In this document: piece by piece, positions 22,562-34,258 of the stretch
How positions within the stretch are numbered: the stretch's first letter is position 1
Layout: each line of letters opens with the position of its first letter
Assembly: GCF_006345805.1 (NCBI RefSeq)
Contig: NC_042998.1
Coordinates: forward strand, 206,584,001-206,648,000
Direction of reading: 5' to 3'
DNA length: 64,000 nt
DNA from: Octopus sinensis
Lineage: Eukaryota
Notes under the pieces: generated by a model
What the model was told of the DNA's origin: nothing
The model's database searches: none
The model's input: the letters and a program-made list of their open reading frames with translations, nothing else
Translations under genes and position numbers: made by a program

Positions 22562-23338
22562 TATTTCTTTTCTACCCACAAGGGGCTAAACACAGAGAGG
22601 ACAAACAAGGACAGACAAATGGATTAAGTCGATTACATCGACCCCAGTGCGTAACTGGTACTTATTTAATCGACCCTGAAAGGATGAAAGGCAAAGTCAA
22701 CCTCGGCGGAACTTGAACTCAGAACATAACGACGGGACGAAATACCTACTTCTTTACAACCCACAAGGGGCTAAACATAGAGGGGACAAACAAGGACAGT
22801 CAAACGGATTAAGTCGATTACATTGACCCCAGTGTGTAACAGGTACTTATTTAATCGACCCCCGGAAGGATGAAAGGCAAAGTTAAGCTTGGCAGAGTTT
22901 GAACTCAGAACGTAATGGCAGACGAAATACCTATTTCTTTACTACCCACAAGGGGCTAAACACAGAAGGGACAAACAAGGACAGACAAATGATTAAGTCA
23001 ATTATATCGACCCCAGTGCATCACTGGTACTTAATTTATCAACCTCGAAAGGATAAAAGGCAAAGTCGACTTCGGCGGAATTTGAACTCAGAACGTAGTG
23101 ACAGACGAAATACCTATTTCTTTACAACCCACAAGGGGCTAAACATAGAGGGGACAAACAAGGACAGACATAGGTATTAAGTCGATTACATCGACCCCAG
23201 TGTGTAACTGGTACTTATTTAATCGACCCCGAAAGGATGAAAGGCAAAGTCAACCTTGGCAGAGTTTGAACTCAGAACGTAATGGCAGACGAAATACCAC
23301 TTAGCATTTCGCCCGGTGAGCTAACGATTCTGCCAGAA
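22562..23338 (-). mobile_element. SINE family B tetramer (about 183-bp units)
   Basis: Four head-to-tail units starting near 22562, 22744, 22929 and 23112; only the 5'-most unit keeps the full head. Confidence 0.9.
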
Positions 23339-23379
23339 TAATAATAACGATAATAACAACAACAACAATAACAGACTAT

Positions 23380-23990
23380 GTGAAGTGCAGTGTAGATAAC
23401 AACAGTACTGAGTGTGAAAAATGTAGAAGGTGTGGTGGGAGGGGCGAAATGGTACGGCACTTTGTTAGCGAATGCCTGAAAGGGGTACAATGCAAATACA
23501 AGAGATGCCAGGACAATGTGGTAAGAATGATCCATTGGGAGCTCTGTGGAGATCACGGCCTTCAAAGAGCAAAGACATGGTATGAGCAAACTCCAGAAGG
23601 AGTCACCAAGAAGGAGGATTGCAAAATCTTGTAGGATGCAATGATCCAGTGCGATCACCCGACCAGAAATAAGAAACCAGACATTGTTGTGGTGAATAAA
23701 AAGAGAAAGGGCATTTATGATAATTAACATCGCATGGCCTGATGGCAACAGGATCAAAGAGAAAGAATGAAAAAGAAACACCTATGATGATTTGAAGAGG
23801 GAAATACGAAGGTTGGTGGTCAATGAGGAGAGTAGATGTGATACCAGTAGTAATTGGTGCACTTGGAAGTACCAGCACTCAACTACCAACATGGCTGAAA
23901 AAAATTGGTGCAAGTTTGAAGGTAGAACACCTACAAAAATGAGCACTGCTTGGAACTGCAAGAATTCTTTGCAGCGTTCTTGAAGCATGG
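23380..23990 (+). mobile_element. R4/Dong-like LINE, second subfamily (CCHC plus RLE)
   Basis: CRRCGGRGEMVRHFVSEC...IHWELC...KKPDIVVVNK...LLGTARILCSVLEA. Confidence 0.85.
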
Positions 23991-23994
23991 CCAG

Positions 23995-24670
23995 TAAACA
24001 TGTCAGAGACTCACAAAATTCTCTGGGATTTCCCAATCCAAACAGATCAGGTGCTAGAGCATAACAGACTAGACCTAGTGGTGGTGGTGGACAAGATGCA
24101 CCACATGTGCTATATGGTTGATGCTACATGCCCCTTTGACCCACAAATGGTCAAGAAGCAAGGTGAAAAGATAGAAAGATATAACCCTCTTAAGTACAAA
24201 ATAGCCTAGCTTTGGAAAATGAAGAATGTGAAGATAGTGCCAATTATTGTTGGGTCCTTGGGGACAGTATCAGAAGGCATCAAGGGGAATATAAAGGAAA
24301 TTGGAATAGAGTGCCCAGTAGAACTGTTGCAGAAGGTTTGCTTCCTTGGCACGGCCAGAATAATCAGGAAAGTATTAGGTAGCTGGAAAGAATGGATATT
24401 ATGGTAGCGTACCAATCTGACCGTGGGCGTTGCCAGCCCCGCCTGGCACCTGTGCAGGTGGCACGTAAAAAGCACCCACTACACTCACGGAGTGGTTGGC
24501 GTTAGGAAGGGCATCCAGCTGTAGAAACATTGCCAAATTAGACTGGAGCCTGGTGCAGCCTTCTGGCTGCCCAGAACCCCGGTCGAACCGTCCAACCCAT
24601 GCTAGCATGGAGAACGGACGTTAAACGACGACGACGACGACGTAGGCTGCAGGTAGTAAACTCACTGCAT
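23995..24670 (+). mobile_element. R4/Dong-like RLE fragment with an RTE 3' UTR inserted at about 24402-24640
   Basis: KILWDFPIQTDQVLEHNRLDLVVV...LGTARIIRKVLGSW; the 3' UTR resumes as GTAGGCTGCAGGTAGTAAA after the insert. Confidence 0.85.
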
Positions 24671-24945
24671 AAAAACAACAGCAAGAACTAGAACAACAAT
24701 AACCACAACAAGAAAAGAAAAACAAAAAGAAACTAGAAAAGCACTCGGTAAGCGCAGACCTCCGCCAAGCAGTTCATTTCCACCCTTATACACACATGCT
24801 GAAAATCGCCCAATTTCTCAAACCAATGCCTGCAAAAACATAACCTCCTTGGTGCGGGGTAAAAAAAAAATAACACAGCCATATGTTTCATTTTGGGATT
24901 TGGTTTGCAGGATTCTTTATGTGAGTTCATGTGTTGAAGCATATT

Positions 24946-25175
24946 CTGTTGTGTCTGGGGAGAGTCATTTTCTTTTTGTGCCTTATAACACATTATTGAA
25001 AAGGCTGCAAGATGCAACAAAAATTTAGGAAAATAATAAGAAAAAAGTGGAAATTTTAACAGTGAGTGTGTTACATTATAGTCAAAACTATTGAAAAGGT
25101 TGCAAGACATAATGGAAATTTTAAGAAAATAAAAATAAGAAAAAAGTGGAGAATGACTCTCTCCAGACACAACAG
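24946..25175. repeat. Element bounded by 27-bp inverted repeats (CTGTTGTGTCTGGRGAGAGTCATT)
   Basis: 25/27 match; related copies at 60953-61130 and 61360-61500. Confidence 0.6.
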
Positions 25176-25246
25176 CCATATGATTTTGAAAAAAAAACCC
25201 CTTTAAAACCAGGAATCATCATCATCATCAACTCTGTCTCTGCTTT

Positions 25247-25680
25247 CACCACAATCACCGTCAAAACTACGATCACCACAATCACCGTCAAAACTACGAT
25301 CACCACAATCACCGTCAAAACTACGATCACCACAATCAGTTTCTTTAGCCCATTCAAGCAGAGGGTTATTGTTTTCAGAGACATATCTGGGTGTGGGTGG
25401 TTTATCTGGTATTTGTTGGGGGTAATCGTCTAGGGATCGTTTGAATGCCGTGAAGTCACTTTCCTCCTTTATGTGTGTCTGGCACAATGTTGAAGAGAGC
25501 AGGGCCAATTGAGGTGAAATAGTTCTGTCAAAGTGTTGTGATGAACACTTCTGTAGTGGATGGATGGCATGGGGACCAAATTTTAAAGATGGGCAATGTT
25601 GATGGAATATTTTCCATATCATACAGATGATATAGAGCTCACAGCAGCAGTGGAGGGGAGCAAAGCCTGAGCTTTTTGAG
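25247..25680 (-). mobile_element. LINE ORF2 C-terminal remnant (CR1/Jockey group) with a 27-bp tandem tail
   Basis: ...HIKEESDFTAFKRSLDDYPQQIPDKPPTPRYVSENNNPLLEWA; units CACCACAATCACCGTCAAAACTACGAT at 25247, 25274 and 25301. Confidence 0.6.
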
Positions 25681-26284
25681 TCAATCCCAATAGTCAAGGC
25701 TTGTCATGTCATCCTCCACAGATCTCTGCCAAGCCATTCATTTTAAGATAGATATGTGAGTAAAATTACTAATAGAGAAACGAAAATAAACTTTAGAGAC
25801 AGCAACGCCACCATAGGTTAAGTGGAAACGATGAACGTGTTTTCAAGGGAGATAATCAAAGAACGTAACATTGTAATACTTCATGTAAAGTAAATATAAC
25901 AAATGAAAAATCCTTCTAGGATCCATAAAAATTCCTGAATCACTACCAAAATTTCATCATCTGTTCCTTGTGGCATTACTAACTTTTCCTGCAAGTTTCA
26001 TCAAATACCGTTTGCAACTTTTTGAGTTATTTTGCACACAGACAGACAGACCAATGCTGATGAAAACATCACCTCCTTCCTTGGCGGAGGCAAACTTTGA
26101 AAGGAAGAAAAAGAATAGGAAGAACAACAATATTTACAAGAAGCTCTACAGGATGTTGGATTAAGGAAAAATAGTAACACTGGATGGTCATGGGTGGAAT
26201 GTCTATAGTCATAGGTTTGAGAGGGATCAAGTTTGATACAGGGCAAACCAACATCAACAACATGAAGATCAGCAATTAGTGGCA

Positions 26285-26365
26285 AGAAGAAGGAGGAGGA
26301 GGAGTAAAAGAGGGAGGATTAGGAGGAGAAGAAGAAAAAGAAGAAGAAGAGGAAGAAGGAGAAGG

Positions 26366-26398
<33 letters not shown>

Positions 26399-26403
26399 AG
26401 AAC

Positions 26404-26435
<32 letters not shown>

Positions 26436-26600
26436 AGAAAAAGAAGAAGAAGAGGAAGAAGAAGAATGAAGAAGAAGGGGAGGCTGAGAAGAAGAAAAAG
26501 GAGGAGGAGGAGAAGTAAAAGAGGGAGGAGTAGGAGGAGAAGTAAAGGAAGAAAATTAAAAGGGGAAGGAGGAGAAGAAGAAGAAGAAAAGCAACAACCA
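26285..26600. repeat. (GAA)/(GGA) microsatellite
   Basis: Direct inspection. Confidence 0.95.
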
Positions 26601-26928
26601 CCACACTGATGTCGCCAATGACAACAACAAAACCAACAACAAGTAAAATGGTGATGACGTCAAAGAAGAAAAGGCAATTAGTGACACGAAAAGACCAACA
26701 ACAACAACAACAAAAAAGGCCACGAAGAACAGTAATTATAAAAACGGTTTTGGGTTTGTTTTCTAATCCATGTGCGTAGAACAAAGCGTATATATGCGTG
26801 TGTGGGTGTGTGTGCATGAGTGTGGTGCGTGTGGGTGTGTGTGTAGAAGGCTGCGTATCGATCTGCTGTAGGCTCTTACAACTGTTAATTTTATTGACTT
26901 TTTCTATTGAATGACAATTGCTCTCTGA

Positions 26929-26959
<31 letters not shown>

Positions 26960-27035
26960 CGTGGGAAAGTGTGTGACTTTTCATATATCCTGGGATTTTA
27001 ACTGAGAACCAAACAAGGCTAATTGTATGCATGAA

Positions 27036-27066
<31 letters not shown>

Positions 27067-27157
27067 TGTGTGTGTGTGCGTGCGTGGGAAAGTGTGTGAC
27101 TTTTCATATATCCTGGGATTTTAACTGAGAACCAAACAAGGCTAATTGTATGCATGA

Positions 27158-27199
<42 letters not shown>

Positions 27200-27231
27200 A
27201 TAAATACAGACACACACACACACATGTATAT

Positions 27232-28150
27232 TCAGGGTGCAGTGAATAAACTGTCGTCTAAATGACACAAAAAGAAAAACAACACTGACATCTCATTTCA
27301 ACAGATATACTCTTTTACTCTCTTTTACTTGTTTCAGTCATTTGACTGCGGCCATGCTGGAGCACCGCCTTTAGTCGATCAAATCGACCCCGGGATTTAT
27401 TCTTTGTAAGCCCAGTACTTATTCTATCGGTCTCTTTTGCTGAACCGCTAAGTGACGGGGACGTAAACACACCAGCATCGGTTGTCAAGCAATGCTAGGG
27501 GACAAACACTGACACATCATATATATATATATACATATAATGACAGGCTTCTTTCAGTTTCCATCTACCAAATCCACTCACAAGGCATTGGTTGGCCCGG
27601 GGCTATAGCAGAAGACACTTGCCCAAGATGCCACGCAGTAGGACTGAACCCGGAACCATGTGGTTGGTTAGCAAGCTACTTACCACACAGCCACCTGGAA
27701 ATACTAAAGAGTAAATCTATTCAATAAAATCGCCATTGGTTACAACCATGGCCTTCAGACAACTTTGGAATCTCCAGCAACTTTTCTGGACGGTCTACTT
27801 GTTTAAGTTGATGAATGCTGCCATAATCCTTGCCTTCAGTTCATCTTTGGTGTTACAAGGAGTTTTGTTGGTCTCTCGCTCAACTGTGCCCCATGCATAA
27901 TAATCAAGGGGGTTGCAGTGTGGCGAGTTAGGTGGCCAGATATTAGGGGTGATGTGGTTGCAGAAATTGTCTGACAGCCATGACTGGGTTCTCCTGGTTG
28001 CGTGACATGGGGCAGAGTCCTGTTGCCAGATGTAAGGTCTTCCAGTAGCCAGCCTCAACACCCAGGGCAGCACTATCTCCTCCATCATTAAGGACCGTTT
28101 GATTCTGGACTGAGTTCTCCATCAGTAAATAAGTTTTCACCATAAAAGTC
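27232..28150 (-). mobile_element. ITmD37D (maT-like) Tc1/mariner remnant with a SINE A insertion
   Basis: WQQDSAP...SPHCNPLDYY has 37 residues between the two Asp; CAGGGTG-type terminus near 27233. Confidence 0.85.
27310..27694 (-). mobile_element. SINE family A nested in the ITmD37D element
   Basis: Full-length copy; flanks GATATACT / GAAATACT resemble a decayed TSD. Confidence 0.9.
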
Positions 28151-28249
28151 TACGGATGATTTACCAATCTGCTAATTGCATACAGAAAATTAATATCTTG
28201 GGTCATCTCATAAACAATGCGGTTTCTTTCAATTGCATGAACTAAAAGT

Positions 28250-28832
28250 TGGATGGGGACAGCATAAACTACCTGCATCAACTTGCTATAAAAACAGGCA
28301 GTAATTTTACCTTGTACTTATTCTTAGTGCAAGTCTTGAAGAGTGCAGTTCGATTTTTCAAAGCTTTAATAGAAGTGACAACAGAGTATATTCGGCACAT
28401 TTTGCTTTATGAGTTCAATAAAGGCAATAAATAACACAATGGAAAGTGCAAGGAATATTAATGCAGTATATGGGGATCGGACAATAAACGTAAGCCGGTG
28501 TCAACGGTGGTTCCAGAAATTCCAAGCCAGAAACTACAGGCTAGAAGATGGGCCTTTTCCGGGGAGATCTGTAGAGCTCAACAAATATGTCCTGCAAACC
28601 CTAGTCGAACAGAATGCCATCATAACTGTTGAGGAACTAGCAGAGAAGCTAGGATTTGGTCATTCAACCATTCATTGACACTTGCATGCCATAAGAAAAG
28701 TCAGCAAATTGGGTCGTTGGGTTCCTCACAAACTTTCTGAGTCTAATTGTGTGCAGAAAGTGAATGTGTGCTCATCTTTGCTGTCACATTTCATGAATGA
28801 ACCTTTTTTTTGGACTGAATAATGACTGTGTG
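28250..28832 (+). mobile_element. Mariner (Hsmar/Mos1-type) transposase N-terminal pseudogene
   Basis: IRHILLYEFNKG...CQRWFQKF...LEDGPFPGRS...TVEELAEKLG...KLGRWVPHKL (WVPHEL-like motif), with frameshift and stops. Confidence 0.9.
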
Positions 28833-29005
28833 ATTTGACTGGGCTGGCAAACTGGAAGACTGCACCTGACTCTGATTTGGCATGCCCTTCCTAACACCAA
28901 CCACTCTGAGAGTAAATGGGTGCCATTCCATGCCACTGGCATGGGTGCCTTTCCATGCCACCAGCACAGGTGTCATTTGTATGACACTGGTATCTGCCAT
29001 GACTA

Positions 29006-32000
29006 CAAAAGGTGGGCAACTTTAGTCAAAAAGTTAAATTCATTAACTGTTAATCTGTTTAAAAAAGTTAACTTCGATAACCGTTCATCAGCAAATTCTT
29101 GAAGAAGGCAACGGAAGTTATCAATAAACTGTTAATGTTAATTTTTATTATAGAAAAAAAAAAAAAATCAGATTTTGCTCTAAAAGCATCTGAAAACACT
29201 TTTTAAAAGTGTCAAAACTATAAAATCAGCCTTTTTTTTTTGTCCTTTTAAGGAGTTTAGAACCCCAAAACTATAGTTTTTGTTTTGCTTTAGAGTTTTA
29301 AAAAATGCTGATTTTATAGTTTCAAATTTTAAAAGACCAAAAAAAAAAATGGTTGATTTCATAGTTTTGACCCTTTTTTAGGTTTTTAAAGGCTTTTAGA
29401 GCCGGAAGAGGGTCAAAAAATAAAGCTCAAATGAAACACAATATTAGTGTCAAGCTGAAAAAGTTTATTGATAAAGCGGCCATAAAAATATAAAAATATA
29501 AAAATATAAAAATTTTGAAAATGAAAAACACAAATTATGCATAATTTAATCTTTCCTCTTCTTCTCATTCATTTAGTCTTTCCTCTTCTTCTCATTCATT
29601 TAATCTTTCCTCTTCTTCTCATTCATTTAGTCTTTCCTCTTCTTCTCATTCATTTAGTCTTTCCTCTTCTTCTCATTCATTTAGTCTTTCCTCTTCTTTT
29701 CATTCATTTAGTCTTTCCTCCTTTCTCTTCTTCTCATTCATTTAGTCTTTCCTCTTCGCTCATTCATTAGTTCTTTCCTCTTCTTCTCATTCCTTATTTA
29801 GTCTTTCCTCTTCTTCTCATTCATTTAGTCTTTCCTCTTCTTCTCATTCATTTAGTCTTTCCTCTTCTTCTCATCATTAGTCTTATCCTTCCTCTTCTTC
29901 TCATTCATTAGTCTTTCCTCTTCTTTCTTCTCATTCATTTGTCTTTTCCTCTTCTTCTCATTCATTTAGTCTTTCCTCTTCTTCTCATTCATTTAGTCTT
30001 TCCTCTTCTTTTCATTCATTTAGTCTTTCCTCTTCTTCTCATTCATTTAGTCTTTCCTCTTCTTCTCATTCATTTAGTCTTTCCTCTTCTTCTCATTCAT
30101 TTAGTCTTTCCTCTTCTTTTCATTCATTTAGTCTTTCCTCTTCTTCTCATTCATTTAGTCTTTCCTCTTCTCATTCATTTAGTCTTTCCTCTTCTTCTCA
30201 TTCATTTAGTCTTTCCTCTTCTTCTCATTCATTTAGTCTTTCCTCTTCTTCTCATTCATTTAGTCTTTCCTCTTCTTCTCATTCATTTAGTCTATCCTCT
30301 TCTTCTCATTCATTTAGTCTTTCCTCTTCTTCTCATTCATTTAGTCTTTCCCCTTCTTCTCATTCATTTAGTCTTTCCCCTTCTTCTCATTCATTTAGTC
30401 TTTCCTCTTCTTCTCATTCATTTAGTCTATCCTCTTCTTCTCATTCATTTAGTCTTTCCTCTTCTTCTCATTCATTTAGTCTTTCCCCTTCTTCTCATTC
30501 ATTTAGTCTTTCCTCTTCTTCTCATTCATTTAGTCTATCCTCTTCTTCTCATTCATTTAGTCTTTCCTCTTCTTCTTCATTCATTTAGTTTCTCTTTCCT
30601 CTTCTTCTTCTCATCCTTTAGTCTTTCCTCTTCTTCTCTCTTCTTCTATTCTTTATCTTTCTCTTCTCTCATTCATTTAGTCTTTCCTCTTCTCTCTCAT
30701 TCATTTAGTCTTTCCTCTTCTTCTCATTCATTTAGTCTTTCCCCTTCTTCTTCTTCTCATTCATTTAGTCTTTTCTCTTCTTCTCTCATTCATTTAGTCT
30801 TTCCTCTTCTTCTCATTCATTTAGTCTTCCCCTCTTCTCATTCATTTAGTCTTTCCTCTTCTTCTCATTCATAGTTAGTCCTTCTTCATCCTCTTCTTCT
30901 CATTCATTTAGTCTTTCCTCTTCTTCTCATTCATTTAGTCTTTCCTCTTCTTCTCATTCATTTAGTCTTTCTCCCCTTCTTCTCATTCATTTAGTCTTTC
31001 TCTTCTTCTCATTCATTTAGTCTTTCCTCTTCTTCTCATTCATTTAGTCTTTTCCTCTTCTTCTCATTCAGTTAGTCTTTCCTCTTCTTCTCATTCATTT
31101 AGTCTTTCCCCTTCTTCTCATTCATTTAGTCTTTCCTCTTCTTCTCATTCATTTAGTCTATCCTCTTCTTCTCATTCATTTAGTCTTTCCTCTTCTTCTC
31201 ATTCATTTAGTCTTTCCCCTTCTTCTTCATTCTATTCATTTAGTCTTTCCTCTTCTTCTCATTCATTCTTCTCATCATTTATCTATCCGCTTCTTCATTC
31301 ATTTAGTAGTCTTTTCCTCTTCTTCTCATTCATTTAGTCTTTCCTCTCTTCTTCTCATTCATTTAGTCTTATCCTCTTCTTCTCATTCATTAGTCTTTCC
31401 TCTTCTTCTCATTCATTTAGTCTTTTCCTCTTCTTCTCTTTTCTTCTCTTCATTTAGTCTTTCCCCTTCTTCTCATCATTTAGTCTTTCCTCTTCTTCTC
31501 ATTCATTTAGTCTATCCTCTTCTTCTCATTCATTTAGTCTTTTCCTCTTCTTCTCATTCATTTAGTCTTTCCCCTTCTTCTCATTCATTTAGTCTTTCCC
31601 CTTTTCTCATTCTTTAGTCTTTCCTCTTCTTCTCATTCATTTAGTCTATCTCTTCTCTCATTCATTTAGTCTTTTTCTCTTCTCTTCTTCTCATTCATTT
31701 AGTCTCCCCTTCTTCTCATTCATTTATCTTTCCTCTTCCTCTTCTTCTCATTCATTTAGTCTATCCTCTTCTTCTCATCATCATTAGTCTTTCCTCTCTT
31801 CTTCTCAATTCATTTAGTCTTTCCTCTTCTTCTCATTCATTTAGTCTATCCTCTTCTTCTCATTCATTTAGTCTTTCCTCTCTTCTCATTCATTAGTCTT
31901 TCCTCTTCTTCTCATTCATTTAGTCTTTCCTCTTCTTCTCATTCATTTAGTCTATCCTCTTCTTCTCATTCATTTAGTCTTTCCTCTTCTTCTCATTCAT

Positions 32001-32950
32001 TTAGTCTTTCCTCTTCTTCTCATTCATTTAGTCTTTCCTCTTCTTCTCATTCATTTAGTCTTTCCCCTTCTTCTCATTCATTTAGTCTTTCCTCTCCTTC
32101 TCATTCATTTAGTCTTTCCTCTTCTTCTCATTCATTTAGTCTATCCTCTTCTTCTCATTCATTTAGTCTTTCCTCTTCTTTCATTCTCCATTTTGTTCAT
32201 CAGGTGCATGTTTCCCTTCATGAAAATTAGCACATCAAAGTTTTCATCAAACGGGGTTGATCTCCTGGCCCTCACGATGTCCTTACCCATAGAGAACAAA
32301 CGCTCCATTGCAACACTGGAACAAGTCCACCAACACTTGCTCACCCAAGAAGGCAGTATCTGTCAGAAAGTCCTTGGGGTCGGCCTCCAACAAGGTCTTG
32401 ACCAAATCCTGGGCCTTGTTCCTGAGTGACCTGTGATTCCTACTCTCCTCTTTTGGCTGGGTGACCCCACTAAAGGAGTCATCCTCCTCCTCTTCATTGT
32501 TGCTGCCTCCACTGTTGCTGCTCACTTTGTCTGACTGCTGCATCATGGCCTCCTCGACCTTACCGTCCGTGTTTTCCTTCACCTTGGCGACCTTGGTGCT
32601 GTCATACTTATCCAACCAGATGAGGCAAAACCTGGGATGGAAGGCAGCAGCCACCTGGCATTCCTCATCCTCCAGAAGGGTCCTAAACCTTTTGTTGATG
32701 CCTGCCAAAAGTGTGTCGACCAAAGGGTTGCAGTAGACAAGGGCCTTGAACTTCAAGTCCTTCAGCCTAAAGGTTGTCACAGCAACTTGAATTAACGGAA
32801 GTTAACTCAAGTTGACTTCAGTTAACGAAAGTTAATTCGCCTGATAATGACTTCTAAAATTAACTTAGAAGAGGTTAAATCGTTAATGAAAATGTTAACT
32901 TTGTCAATTAATGATTAACAGATTAATGGTTTGGTGCCCAGCCAGGTTTG
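29006..32950 (-). mobile_element. hAT transposon deletion derivative: transposase C-terminus plus internal satellite
   Basis: Ends CAAAAGGTGGGCA / GTGCCCAGCCAGGTTTG and GTTAAC-rich subtermini shared with 59122-60080; minus ORFs ...AAAFHPRF... and SSVAMERLFSMGKDI...NFDVLIFMKGN (hAT dimerisation motif) at 32159-32780. Confidence 0.85.
29541..32182. repeat. 27-bp tandem satellite (CATTCATTTAGTCTTTCCTCTTCTTCT)n, roughly 95-100 units by length
   Basis: Direct inspection; very homogeneous to about 30600, more degenerate from 30600 to 31900. Confidence 0.97.
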
Positions 32951-32999
32951 TATATATATATATATATATATACACATATATATACATACATGTACATAC

Positions 33000-33060
<61 letters not shown>

Positions 33061-33086
33061 TACATACATTTACATATATATATATA

Positions 33087-34258
33087 TCATCATGATCATC
33101 ATCGTTTAACATCCGCTTTCCATGCTAGCATGGGTTGGACGATTTTGACTGAGGGCTGGCGAAAGATGGCTGAACCAGGCTCCAATCATGATCTGGCAGA
33201 GTTTCTACAGCTGGATGCCCTTCCTAATGCCAATCACTCCAAGAGTGTAGTGGGTGCTTTTTAATTGCCACCGGCACGGGTCCAGCCAGGCAGTACTGGC
33301 AATGACCTCGCTCGAATCTTTTTACACATGCCACTGGCACAGGTGCCAGTAAGGCAACGTTGGTAATGATCACGCTCAAATGGTGCCCTTTTACGTGCCA
33401 CCGGCATGGAAGCCAGTTGGCTGTTCTGGCAACGATCACGCTCAGATGGTGCTCTTGGCACCCTACTAGCACGGGCACAAGTGCCAGTAAGGCAATGCTG
33501 TAACAATCACACTCGAATGGTGCCTTTTATGTGCCACTGGTACGGAAGCTGGTTAGCCGCTCTGTCAACGATCACACTCGTATGATGCTCTTTGCACCCT
33601 GCTAGCACGGATGCCAGTCATCGAATTTGATTTTAATTTCACTTGCCTCAACAGGCCTTCGCATGCAGAGTTTAATGTCCAAAGAAGGAAAAGGTATGCA
33701 TAAGTGGGCTGGTTACACCTCTGGCATAGGCCATGGGTTATGATCTCACTTGGCTTGCCAGGTCTACTCAAGCACAGCATATTTCCAAAGGTCTCAGTCA
33801 CTAGTCATTGCCTCGGTGAGGCCTAATGTTCGAAGGTTATGCTTCACCACTTAATCCCAGGTCTTCCTGGGTCTACCTCTTCCACAGGTCCCCTCAACTG
33901 CCAGGGTGTGGCACATTTTCACACAGCTATCCACATCCATTCTCACCACATTGCCATACCAGTGCAGTCATCTCTCTTGCACACCACATCTGATGCTTCT
34001 TAGGTCCAACTTTTCTCTCAAGGTACTTACACTCTGTCGAGTATGTACACTGACATTACACATCCAACGGATCATACTGGCTTCATTCCTTGCGAGCTTA
34101 CGCATGTCCTCAGCAGTCATGGCCCATGTTTCACTGCCATGTAGCATGGCTATTCTTACACAAGCATCATATAGTCTACCTTTTACTCTGGGTGAGAGGC
34201 CTTTTGTCACCAGCAGAGGTGAAAGCTCTCTGAACTTTGCCCAGGCTATTCTTATTGT
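33087..34258 (-). mobile_element. RTE-clade LINE, 5'-truncated (RT C-terminus, subrepeat-rich 3' UTR, (GAT)n tail)
   Basis: IRIAWAKFRELSPLL...KGRLYDACVRIAMLHGSETW...GRGRPRKTW...WKYAVLEKTWQAK*. Confidence 0.92.

Larger units (their letters stand above)
24733..26092 (-). mobile_element. Helitron2/Helentron-like non-autonomous element with nested inserts
   Basis: Subterminal IR CCTCCGCCAAG (24759-24769) / CTTGGCGGAGG (26080-26090); minus 3' end ...GAGTGCTTTTCTAG|TTT; GACA tract near the 5' end. Confidence 0.55.

Noticed and set aside
28370-28832. SETMAR-like domesticated gene
   Set aside because: Frameshift and stops, truncated before the catalytic domain, and no SET domain; an ordinary dead mariner.
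29939-30874. 311-aa hydrophobic (LLLIHLVFP)n ORF
   Set aside because: Antisense reading of the 27-bp satellite; no unique domain or splice context. Not called as a CDS.
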